IMG/VR virus record: IMGVR_UViG_3300027749_000038
Direction: 5' to 3' (one strand)
Source: a virus
Length of the DNA stretch: 64,000 nt
Shown: positions 35,955-44,982 of the stretch, piece after piece
Position numbering within the stretch: the first letter of the stretch is position 1
Layout: each line of letters opens with the position of its first letter
Position numbers and translations under genes: made by a program
Notes under the pieces: generated by a model
What the model was told of the DNA's origin: nothing
Seen by the model: the letters and a program-made list of their open reading frames with translations, nothing else
Databases searched by the model: none

Positions 35955-35990
35955 AAAAAGAGCCTCTACTAAAATAGAGGCTCTTTTTTT
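35955..35990 (+). terminator. intrinsic terminator
   Basis: aaaaagagcctcta-ctaaaa-tagaggctcttttttt. Confidence 0.85.
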
Positions 35991-36034
35991 GTTTTAATGT
36001 TGGGTTTTTTTTATTTACACGGATAATTAAAATC

Positions 36035-37213
36035 ATGAAACTTTCAATTTTCACACCTACCAACAATATTCAATGGATTCATCTTCCGTACAATTCTATT
36101 ATTAAACAAATAGAATTAGATTCTACACTAGATGTAGAATGGGTTATTGTTCCTAATAATAATGTAGAGGTTCCTGAAGATATTAAAAATAAAAGTTGGG
36201 TCAAAATTATTAGATGTTCTAATGATATGAAAAATATTGGAGCTCTTAAGAAATTTGCTTGTTCTGCAGCAACTGGAGATGTTTTTATAGAACTAGATCA
36301 TGATGATGAATTGCTACCCACATCCCTGAGAAAGATTCATGATGCTATGGTAGACAAACCTAATTCATTTCTTTATTCAGACAAAACCGTAGTAAGGCAT
36401 GATGACAAACCTCATTTATATAGCAATGTGTACGGATGGGAGCATTATGCATATGAAAAAGAAACCATCAATAAATCTTTTCTTCCTGATGCTAGATCTT
36501 TGTGTCAAATTTTTTATGCACCGGATCACGTGCGAGTTTGGTCTAGGAAAGCTTATGAATTGTCTGGAGGTCATGATGAAAAATTATTTGTTGGTGATGA
36601 TCATGATTTGATAATTAAAACCTATTTGGCAGGTAGTGAATTTATTTTTCTAGAAGAACCCTTATACACTTACTACATTCACGGAACCAATTCTTGGCTT
36701 CAGAATTGTCAAGCAGTTCAAGTACAGCAACATAATAATACTGATAAATATCTTCGTAGATTGGTGCAGGAATGGTGTAAGAGAGAAAATCTTCCTACAG
36801 TAAAATATCCTACACCAGATTTCTATAATGCAGCTCCTAATAGTGTAGGTTGTATTGAGGCTAATGATGTAATAGCCTCTATTCCCGCTGGTAAAGAAGT
36901 AATTCATTTTATGAATCGTTGTTATGATATCTTAGCTCCAGGAGGTTGGTTGTTGGTAGATGTACCTTCCACAGATGGTCGTGGAGCTTTTTGTGATCCT
37001 CTTCACGTCTCTTTTTGGAATGAATTGAGTTTCCGTTATTATACTAATAAAAACTTTTCAAAGTTTATTCCGGAATATAAAGGAAGATTTCAACAGGTAA
37101 TTCTAAAGACTCATAACCCAAGTAAGTGGCATGAGGAAAATAAAGTTCCATATGTAAGAGCAGATATGTGTGCCATCAAAGGTCAGCGCCAGCCAGGGCA
37201 ATGTTTTATCTAA
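36035..37213 (+). CDS. GT2 glycosyltransferase fused to a partial methyltransferase-like domain
   Basis: SIFTPT, ELDHDDEL, GGHDEK..GDDHDL; C-terminal ILAPGGWL..DPLHVSFW. Confidence 0.85.
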   Translation: MKLSIFTPTNNIQWIHLPYNSIIKQIELDSTLDVEWVIVPNNNVEVPEDIKNKSWVKIIRCSNDMKNIGALKKFACSAATGDVFIELDHDDELLPTSLRKIHDAMVDKPNSFLYSDKTVVRHDDKPHLYSNVYGWEHYAYEKETINKSFLPDARSLCQIFYAPDHVRVWSRKAYELSGGHDEKLFVGDDHDLIIKTYLAGSEFIFLEEPLYTYYIHGTNSWLQNCQAVQVQQHNNTDKYLRRLVQEWCKRENLPTVKYPTPDFYNAAPNSVGCIEANDVIASIPAGKEVIHFMNRCYDILAPGGWLLVDVPSTDGRGAFCDPLHVSFWNELSFRYYTNKNFSKFIPEYKGRFQQVILKTHNPSKWHEENKVPYVRADMCAIKGQRQPGQCFI

Positions 37214-38118
37214 CAGTTAAAGAAAAATACATGAGTTAATTGAGAATTTTCTTTATCTGAACCAAAATATCCCGTAGAGGCATGCAGAGCTTTAGAGTTA
37301 TAAATAACTAATCTGTTATAGATATTTGCAACACAGTCTACAGATTCTAGATTGTGTCTATCATAAAAGTTATTTTTAAAAGATCTTTGATTGATTTCTA
37401 TAACAGAAGAATCAAATCTCTGTGTGTCTTTAGGGATTGCGGAATGAGTCAATCCCGTAATCTTGCTTTTAAAATTTGAAAATCCAGTAGTTAAAGGAGC
37501 TCCTGGACTGAGGTATATTACAGCAGCATATTCTTGTTCGTCTATACGATGTACAATACGATCTTCCGCTGTGAAATATTGGAAAATACCAGAAGAACCA
37601 GTAAACTCTTTAATAGGTCTTCCTATGTGTCTTTCAAAGGTTTTCTTAATCCAGGAAGGTATAAAGGATTTTAAGGTTCTTTCACCTCTAAGACATTCTT
37701 TCTTGGATACAAATTTTTGAGTCAAAGCATAATCTCTGACTTTGTCTGGATCTTTATAAAAATTATCCACTACAATAATTTCAGGATTAGAAAGATTATT
37801 AGACACCAAAACGGATTCTAAAATTTCTACCCGAACCGTAAAAGTGATCTCTCCGTTGACTAAAATATTAACAGTCTCGGTTTTAGGTTCTAAAATTATA
37901 TTAAATCCACATCTTAGATAATTTATATGTTCTTCTCTGTAAAATTTATAAATGTCTGGTCTCTCTTCTGGAGTGATGCTAATAAAACCATCACAACTTA
38001 CCCCACAAGAGTCAGCAAAAATTAATGGTACCACCCAACCTTTAACATGATAAAACTTTCCTTCTTTTTTGACACTGTCTATAGTTCCTATAAAATTTTC
38101 ATTTAAAGTCTGGTGCAT
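37210..38118 (-). CDS. 2OG-Fe(II) oxygenase-like (DUF6445-type) protein
   Basis: IIVVDNFYKDPDKVR, AAVIYLSP, YNRLVIY...LHAS; HxD appears as HRID (possibly degenerate). Confidence 0.7.
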   Translation of the reverse strand: MHQTLNENFIGTIDSVKKEGKFYHVKGWVVPLIFADSCGVSCDGFISITPEERPDIYKFYREEHINYLRCGFNIILEPKTETVNILVNGEITFTVRVEILESVLVSNNLSNPEIIVVDNFYKDPDKVRDYALTQKFVSKKECLRGERTLKSFIPSWIKKTFERHIGRPIKEFTGSSGIFQYFTAEDRIVHRIDEQEYAAVIYLSPGAPLTTGFSNFKSKITGLTHSAIPKDTQRFDSSVIEINQRSFKNNFYDRHNLESVDCVANIYNRLVIYNSKALHASTGYFGSDKENSQLTHVFFFNC

Positions 38119-38151
38119 ATTTTATTTACCATTTTAATTAAATAAGATTTT

Positions 38152-38778
38152 ATGAATTTAAAACCAAAAGTCGCAATTATTACTTCTACCTATAAAAGAC
38201 CTTTAGATATAGTAGATAGATGCATAAGATCGGTGCAATGGCAAACCTATGGAATGGAGAACATAGTACATTATATATGCCACGATGGTCCTCGAGAAGA
38301 TTTTTTAGAATGTCCGGAATGGAATAATGTAATATATACCGAGGTTCCTTATAATACTAATAGTTACGGAGCAGGGGTCAGACAATATGTATTAGACCAA
38401 TACATCAAAACTCAATCAGATATTAAGTATGTAGTCCATTTAGATGATGATAATCTTTTATTTCCAGACTTTATAGAGTCTCATGTTTCTATTTTAGAAT
38501 CTAATTCAGAGGCTCAATTTTCTATATGTAAAATTTTACATCTAGGACCTTTACCCGGGCATCTCGGAAAACCTCCTCAAATTTTAAACGGCACTCCTCC
38601 GGTGTTTCAAAACATAGATACTCTGCAAGTAATGGTAAGAGTTCCTTCTATGGTTGCTTGTGGTTGGACACAACATCAAGGAAATGCTGGTTATTGTAAT
38701 GATGGATATACCTATGATCGTTTGGGTAAATTGTTTAAGTGGGTGGAATTGCCTAAATTACTAGCAATACATCTATAA
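38152..38778 (+). CDS. GT2 glycosyltransferase
   Basis: IITSTYKR, CHDG, VHLDDDN. Confidence 0.85.
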   Translation: MNLKPKVAIITSTYKRPLDIVDRCIRSVQWQTYGMENIVHYICHDGPREDFLECPEWNNVIYTEVPYNTNSYGAGVRQYVLDQYIKTQSDIKYVVHLDDDNLLFPDFIESHVSILESNSEAQFSICKILHLGPLPGHLGKPPQILNGTPPVFQNIDTLQVMVRVPSMVACGWTQHQGNAGYCNDGYTYDRLGKLFKWVELPKLLAIHL

Positions 38779-38804
38779 GTATAAATATATAGATAAGTAA
38801 TTTT

Positions 38805-39041
38805 ATGAGAATAATTGTACAACCGGAAATTGTAATAGAATTGGATGAAGTAACCATTACTCATATCAATGACTCGGCTAGAGATCAAAGAATTTCCGCT
38901 AAAGTAAGTGGTTTACAACGTTCTGTGTTGCTGTGGGGTCCAGAAGAATATAACGGACATGAAGCTAAAAACTGGACCGATGAAACAGCTTTTCTCAAAC
39001 TTTTAGAAAAGCTTTCTTTAAAAGCAGTTCCTTTTCTTTAA
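38805..39041 (+). CDS. late hypothetical protein
   Basis: ATAAGTA 5 nt before ATG. Confidence 0.7.
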   Translation: MRIIVQPEIVIELDEVTITHINDSARDQRISAKVSGLQRSVLLWGPEEYNGHEAKNWTDETAFLKLLEKLSLKAVPFL

Positions 39042-39098
39042 AATAAGAGTTGATCTTATTTAGTTTTCACATATTATGTGAATAGTTCTTTTACATTT

Positions 39099-39719
39099 GG
39101 GGGCGTATTGGTTTCGACTGAGCGCTGAAAACCTTAGTTGCAATCCGAGGAAGTCTGGTTGGCCTCGTTAAAATCTCTGGACAAAACAAATAAATGCAAC
39201 TGATAATACAGAAGCACTCTTAGCTGAAGCAACGCACATCATCAACAACTTCGAGGACTACCTCGCAGAAGAAGAGATGTACGATCTCGCAGCCTAACAA
39301 ACAGAAATGGATCCTATTAAAATTTCTGGAGTACCACAATAGGTTTGAGTAAAATCGTGAACCTCAGGAAAAACAATCGAGAGGAGTTGGGCCCCTTGCA
39401 GTCCAACAGGTAGACCTTAACTAGTTAGCAGCCTATGGTCTTTAAGAGCTAACAAAATATGATTGTAGACGCTAAAGTCTAAGTTTTCAGGACAGCGGTT
39501 CAACTGAAATGCAGGGTCGGCTATTTGGAAACGAATAGTTCGTAAGGTGTATATCGGCGAACGGTTTAATATCCCAACACCGAGAGAAATCATAGAAATA
39601 TGAGACTCGTAGAGACTACCATCACCTACCTAAAGTAGAAATACTAAGGTAAAGGAATAGTCCAGACTACAAACACGTATGTGGTAGTGAAAACTATAGT
39701 AGTATGCCGCTCGCCTCCA
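39099..39719 (+). ncRNA. ssrA: tmRNA, interrupted by a group I intron
   Basis: GGGGGCG/CGCCTCC-A acceptor stem with G3.U70; GGTTTCGAC; helix 2 (ctgaaaac/gttttcag, gcaatc/gattgt); tag ORF 39196-39297 ending YDLAA*; T-arm agcgg-ttcaact|ccgct. Confidence 0.93.
39506..39706 (+). mobile_element. ORF-less group I intron (201 nt) in the tmRNA T-loop
   Basis: Follows an exon U and ends in G; R element gtagagacta (39609-18) and S element aaggaatagtcc (39652-63) form P7; removal restores a perfect T-arm. Confidence 0.88.
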
Positions 39720-39771
39720 CTCTTTAAAAATAGAGGGTTCAACTCATGTTACTAGAATAAGTAGCATAAGT

Positions 39772-40425
39772 ATGAACCCTCTTTTAATTATAGAATGCAA
39801 TTTTTGTAAATTACCTAAATCCAAGCGTAATATAAAAAGACATCAAGAAAAATGTTTTTATAATCCTTCTTGTTTTATTTTTTGCAAAACTTGCAACAAA
39901 CAACTTTTTGCTAAAAAGAAATTTTGTAATAATTCATGTGCTGCAAAATTCACCAATACAACAAGAACAGTTGACAGATCCTATATAACAGACTCTTGGA
40001 AAGAAAATATTAGTAATAAAAATAAACAAAATTGGAAAGAAGGAAAGTTGACATATTCTCAAAAAAGATTATTTTCTTCAAAGATAGAAAGAGAAATAGT
40101 TGCTCATTTTAAGAAAAAGTTTCCAAGAGACAAATGGAAAAGTGGAGGTAGATTGGCCTTGAATGATACAGAAAATTTAAGCAGAGATTTGTGGTCTGAT
40201 AAGCTTAAAATATGTTTCGAATATGATGGAATATGGCATTTTAAAGACATATACGGTCAATTAAACAAAAAACAAATAAAAGATAACTTATTCGAACTGT
40301 GGTGTATTAACAACAATTATAGGTTGATACGAGTGGATGAAGATTCTTATAAAAATATACAGCAAATTGAAGATTTGATTTATAACAATTATAATAATAT
40401 TATTAAAATAGGAGACAGATATTAA
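39772..40425 (+). mobile_element. free-standing endonuclease (Zn-finger N-terminus plus Vsr/DUF559-like PD-(D/E)XK domain)
   Basis: CxxC and CNNSCA motifs; SKIERE..DLWSDKLKICFEYDGIWH..YRLIRV. Confidence 0.75.
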
Positions 40426-40434
40426 CTCTTCCTC

Positions 40435-40450
40435 CCCCTCGCCTCCACCA
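40435..40450 (+). repeat. displaced duplicate of the tmRNA 3' end carrying CCA
   Basis: cccctcgcctccacca vs ccgctcgcctccac (39707-39720). Confidence 0.85.
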
Positions 40451-40555
40451 TTTTTATTTTAATTGGAGATATACTTCTCCATAAGCTTCTAAAAAAAGAG
40501 TTTCAAAATCTTTCATATCTCTTTACTTAGTGTCAATTAAATATAAATATACAAT

Positions 40556-42127
40556 ATGGCTTATACTAATCATTTTTGGAAAAAAATACAGCAACAATCA
40601 AAAAAGTCTACATTATCAGAAATGTATCGAATGGTTGTAGAAAATGAAAACGTGGCTTTATATTCTAAAGACATTGGAGATTCTACAGTTATCCCACCAG
40701 CTCCGGAAGGTATTGATAAAGTAACTGTTGTTTCTAAAGATTATTTGCCTAAAATTAAATCTTTGTCTAAATTTCAAAACACTCAACAAGAAGGTATTGT
40801 GGTTAAAATTTTAAAAGACAAGGCACATATTTCAGCTAAATATCATAATGTTTTAATACCAGTAATTAAAAATGCTGTCGAATTGTCTGGTTACGAACAT
40901 GTCAAAGAGTTGTTTGAATATAGTCTACAATTAGGTGGATTGTTTGATATTTTAAAGGAAAATAATTATAATGTAATTTCAGCTGTTGTTGAATCTTTAA
41001 ACCAATTCTTAAAAAATCAGGAAAAATTAAACATTGTGGATAGTGGTTTGCAACCATTTTTGTTAACTTTATTATCAGATCGTACACAGTTTGCTAGTAC
41101 ACAAACCGGCCCCGGAGAATTATATCTTGTCCTATTTTCTAACGCTACAACTGCAGGGGCTAGTTCTGGTGGACAAAAATCTGGTGACTTAGAAGTAGAT
41201 GGACAAAAAATAGAACTCAAGTCATCAGGTGCTAGAATGGGAGGAGGGTCTAGTACTTTTGTAGGCCAGTCTAACGCAAATATATCCAAATATTTGAAGT
41301 CTAAAAATCGCAATTATGCCGATTCAGATTTTTTTGAAAAGGAAAAAGCTGAATTGTGCGATCGTTTAAGTGATTTGGTAGTACAAAATAAAAATGTTCA
41401 AAATTTTCTTAGTACGTCTAAACAAATGGTAGAGACTGATGAAATACATTCTATGGTCATCAAGGGGTTTGAATCAGGTATATTCAATCCATTGGCAAAG
41501 ATATTGGCTTCTAGTCCGAATGCAACTTGGGAAATGTTGGTAACTGGAACTGGGACTTTGGCAAAAAAAACTGGTAAACCTTTAAATTATTTTATATTAA
41601 ACAAATTGCGAGAAATAAAAAATGAACACATAAACGAACAACCCACAAATATTTTTGATGAAGTACCGACCAAAGACCAAGCCAATTTAGTTTATTTATT
41701 GGCAAATACTTTTAATATTTTAAAAAGACATCCAGAAGTTGCAAATCAGGTAACAAAGGAGGATCTTATTCAAGTTATTTATTATACCAACAGTTATTCA
41801 GAAGAAGAGTGTTCTGGATTTGATTATTCCATAATAAACGATCTGACACATTATTTTTCAAGTTACACAACAGAACAAATACTGAATTTGTCTTCTGGCA
41901 GATTATTAAACTTGATAGGAGCAATGCATTTGGTTTCATATACCCAGGAACAAAAATTTAATAAATTAATGTTTTTAGAAAAGACCACCGGAAAAGTTGC
42001 AATTTTTGATGCACCTATGACAGTAGAAGATGGTTTAAATGTTTGTAAAAGAACAGACATTACCGTAGACCCGCGAGTTGATTCAGATTATGGTGTCTCG
42101 TGCAAATATTACTATAAACCTTCTTGA
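40556..42127 (+). CDS. late protein with a restriction-endonuclease-like PD-(D/E)XK core
   Basis: GPGELYL...KSGDLEVDGQKIELKS; TATAAATA 6 nt before ATG. Confidence 0.65.
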   Translation: MAYTNHFWKKIQQQSKKSTLSEMYRMVVENENVALYSKDIGDSTVIPPAPEGIDKVTVVSKDYLPKIKSLSKFQNTQQEGIVVKILKDKAHISAKYHNVLIPVIKNAVELSGYEHVKELFEYSLQLGGLFDILKENNYNVISAVVESLNQFLKNQEKLNIVDSGLQPFLLTLLSDRTQFASTQTGPGELYLVLFSNATTAGASSGGQKSGDLEVDGQKIELKSSGARMGGGSSTFVGQSNANISKYLKSKNRNYADSDFFEKEKAELCDRLSDLVVQNKNVQNFLSTSKQMVETDEIHSMVIKGFESGIFNPLAKILASSPNATWEMLVTGTGTLAKKTGKPLNYFILNKLREIKNEHINEQPTNIFDEVPTKDQANLVYLLANTFNILKRHPEVANQVTKEDLIQVIYYTNSYSEEECSGFDYSIINDLTHYFSSYTTEQILNLSSGRLLNLIGAMHLVSYTQEQKFNKLMFLEKTTGKVAIFDAPMTVEDGLNVCKRTDITVDPRVDSDYGVSCKYYYKPS

Positions 42128-42158
42128 ACAATAATAAACAATAATATAACATAAGCAT

Positions 42159-42677
42159 ATGGCTTATGTTGCAATGACCAATTATCAAGGACAGATCTTC
42201 AAGGATATGTCCATTTCAGCACCAGTGGGTGCTCACATATTTGACAATGAAACCCAAGAACGCATCATTCTTAGAGAAAAGACACACTTCCAAACTACCG
42301 GTAACAATCGCCTGGGCATTGGGAGGTATCGCATTAATATGTATAATGTTGTTACAGGACAAAAAGTCTACTGCAACAACTACATGATGGATGATAATGA
42401 TAAAGAAGGACATGCGGTATGGACACTAGAAGAACAACCATATACTCCGGAAATGATCTATGAAAAATATGGTTGGAAGATCGGAGAAGATCATCGCCGA
42501 ATAAAGAAATACAAATTGACTGGCCGCAAGCGAACCTTGAAACTTGCTAAGGAACTACGGGAACTCGGAAGAGAAGCGGACGCTATTAGGATTATTAAAG
42601 AGATGGAAACCACCGTTGCCTCGGGAAAAAGATATATTATTCATCGTAAAGATCTTGATCTTCCCCCCATTTCTTAA
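42159..42677 (+). CDS. hypothetical protein
   Basis: 172-aa ORF. Confidence 0.75.
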   Translation: MAYVAMTNYQGQIFKDMSISAPVGAHIFDNETQERIILREKTHFQTTGNNRLGIGRYRINMYNVVTGQKVYCNNYMMDDNDKEGHAVWTLEEQPYTPEMIYEKYGWKIGEDHRRIKKYKLTGRKRTLKLAKELRELGREADAIRIIKEMETTVASGKRYIIHRKDLDLPPIS

Positions 42678-42691
42678 TACTATAGTTCCAT

Positions 42692-42949
42692 ATGAATTGC
42701 TTAACTTGTCAATCTTCTATTGAATTTGAACGTTTAGAAATTTTGCCAGACACTAAAGTATGTAGTTGCTGCGCTCGAGCTGGTAATGGGCAGAAATCCA
42801 AACCTCGTGGAGTGATGGTGTATACAGAAAAAACAAACGGTTTCATAGAAATCCACAGCAGTGATTCTTGGGAAAGAAATAAAAAATATTATGTTTCCCA
42901 GGGAGCTCGAAGTGCTGTTAAAAATTTTTCTAAGAATGTTTGTCGTTAG
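42692..42949 (+). CDS. DksA/TraR-type C4 zinc-finger protein
   Basis: CLTCQSSIEFERLEILPDTKVCSCC; early promoter copy TTGATC-TTCCCC..-TACTAT at 42655. Confidence 0.75.
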   Translation: MNCLTCQSSIEFERLEILPDTKVCSCCARAGNGQKSKPRGVMVYTEKTNGFIEIHSSDSWERNKKYYVSQGARSAVKNFSKNVCR

Positions 42950-42954
42950 AAAAA

Positions 42955-43701
42955 TTATTTTTTAAAATTATACATTTTAATCCATTTTTGTATTAGAGAT
43001 TTTCCAACATTAAACATTAAAGCCATTTCTTTTCGTGTGTAAAGAGTAAAAGCTTTGTACAAAACATCTTTGGGTGGGATGGGTTTTGTTATACCAATTA
43101 TCTTTTTAGGGCTTAATTTACACTCCCGGAGCCATTCATATACTTTGCTTTTGCTAACTTGAAAATAGTTCATTATACCTTCTACACCTTCAGATTGAAA
43201 TAATTCTTTTACTTTAGATTTGTCACATCGATATTTGTATTTAGAATTTTTATTATTAATTTTTCCCAAATTTATGGAATATATTTTAAACCATTTACAT
43301 ACAGTCATATCAGATACTTTATAAAGAATTCCTATTTTTTTGTAAGACATGTTTTTGTTATAATATAAATTTAGCAGATCATCCTTGGGTGGCATCTTTT
43401 TGGTGATAGTACTTTTGATAAATGCATATTGCCATGAATTTAGTTGTTTTAAATTACCATAAGCCATTGCACTCAAACCCTTAACTATCCTGATGTTAGT
43501 GGGATGAATTTTATACAATAACAAATGGGCAAAAAAATGTTCTCTGGGAGTTAAATATACCAAATTTGAAGGATCATCTGATCCTCCTAAACCTCTAGGA
43601 CGAATGTGATGGCATTCAATATACCCGTCTCTCTCAAGAACTTTTCTAGAATTTATAAATTTCTTATACAATTGTTTATAGTAGTTTTGATTTTTAATCA
43701 T
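42955..43701 (-). mobile_element. HNH homing endonuclease with C-terminal HTH repeats
   Basis: ECHHIRPRGLGGSDDPSNLVYLTPREHFFAHLLL; TATAAATA 5 nt before ATG. Confidence 0.88.
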
Positions 43702-43928
43702 AAATATATTTATACTCAAACACCGTCTCTCTTTGGTCTATTCAAATTATCTCCGAAGATGCTCATAAAGAATGGAAAAAGTATAATCCGTATGGCCGTT
43801 ATACAGGCCGTGGTTCTGGCGTGCATCGCATGATGACTAGTACTTCACGATAACTTCAGTCGGCATGCTAACGTCTTTTGGGTTAGCATTCCTAGTAGAG
43901 TTAGAATCCTCTTTGTGTAAGTAATTAC

Positions 43929-44513
43929 ATGAAGAGGATTTTTTTGTTGACGGCATTTGTATTAATGTCGTGTGCTCCTACTCGTTATATTCCCAAAGAC
44001 TCCGAACCATTATCTAGAGCTGTATATGCTACAAGTGATTCTATAGACAAGGGGCGTATAGATTTAGCCGATCAATATTCTAAAACTGTAATAACTTTAG
44101 TGGTGCCTCCCAAAGAAAGGATAGAAATACAAGCTCTTGTATCTAAATCAAAATCAAATCCAGTTGAAAAATCTAAAAATATTTTAGTTATTCCCAAACA
44201 CTTACAGGGAATGGAAGTAATAGTGGTTGATTCAATTGAATATCAAAAACTTTTAGAGATAAAAGAAAATGTGGTTCAAATACAAAAAGAGGTAATTGAT
44301 TTAAAAAATCAGAAAAAAGAAGTGGAAGATCAGTTAAGAGACCAAACTGAAGCCAAATCTCAATTATTGAAGGATTATGATAATTTAGTTTTAGAATTAA
44401 AAGACAAACAATTAACTCTGTTAAAAAGAAATATAACTATAGCGGGATTATTTCTTTTAATAGGTCTTTATATTTTCTTTAAAGTAAAAAAAATACTTCC
44501 TATATCGCTTTAA
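43929..44513 (+). CDS. spanin-like lipoprotein with C-terminal TM helix
   Basis: Lipobox LMS|C at Cys15, coiled coil, C-terminal TM; adjacent to holin and endolysin. Confidence 0.7.
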   Translation: MKRIFLLTAFVLMSCAPTRYIPKDSEPLSRAVYATSDSIDKGRIDLADQYSKTVITLVVPPKERIEIQALVSKSKSNPVEKSKNILVIPKHLQGMEVIVVDSIEYQKLLEIKENVVQIQKEVIDLKNQKKEVEDQLRDQTEAKSQLLKDYDNLVLELKDKQLTLLKRNITIAGLFLLIGLYIFFKVKKILPISL

Positions 44514-44516
44514 ATT

Positions 44517-44645
44517 ATGTATCATTTTTTATCAGACTTTGTTTTGTATATTTTAGATGTATTGTGTGACCTTGAACAATATCATCCGAGAAAATGTTAT
44601 TTTGTATTAGGGGTATTAACTGCCCTAATTATAAAATATGGATAA
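44517..44645 (+). CDS. 42-aa hydrophobic peptide in the lysis cassette
   Basis: Read manually; overlaps the holin start. Confidence 0.45.
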   Translation: MYHFLSDFVLYILDVLCDLEQYHPRKCYFVLGVLTALIIKYG

Positions 44646-44982
44646 AAAGAGAGATCTTCACAGCAAAGAAAAATTCATGGAAGGCAATAGACAACGGTGG
44701 TTAGTTGTTTTTATGGCCTGCATGTTTATCGTTTTAATTTTAGATGCCACCGGACATGTACAAAAAGTAGATAGTTATCTGACATTTCTAACCTTTTTAA
44801 GTGGAGCATTCATCTTGGGTTACTCTGGAACAGAAACCATGAAGCTATTTTCGGTTAGTTCCACATCTCAAAATGTTTCCCAAAACATTAAACAAGAATC
44901 TAAATCAGAATCTACTCAAACTATTCATACAATAGAAGAGAAGTTGACCCACAATGTAAAGGAGGATGATTATAAGGTATGA
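44638..44982 (+). CDS. putative holin (2 TM, hydrophilic C-tail)
   Basis: Two TM segments; ATGA overlap with the endolysin. Confidence 0.65.
   Translation: MDKKRDLHSKEKFMEGNRQRWLVVFMACMFIVLILDATGHVQKVDSYLTFLTFLSGAFILGYSGTETMKLFSVSSTSQNVSQNIKQESKSESTQTIHTIEEKLTHNVKEDDYKV

Noticed and set aside
39506-40434. Reading the endonuclease as intron-encoded with the CCA copy as the true 3' exon
   Set aside because: That intron would not end in G and the T-stem would mismatch (agcgg vs cccct); the upstream exon pairs perfectly
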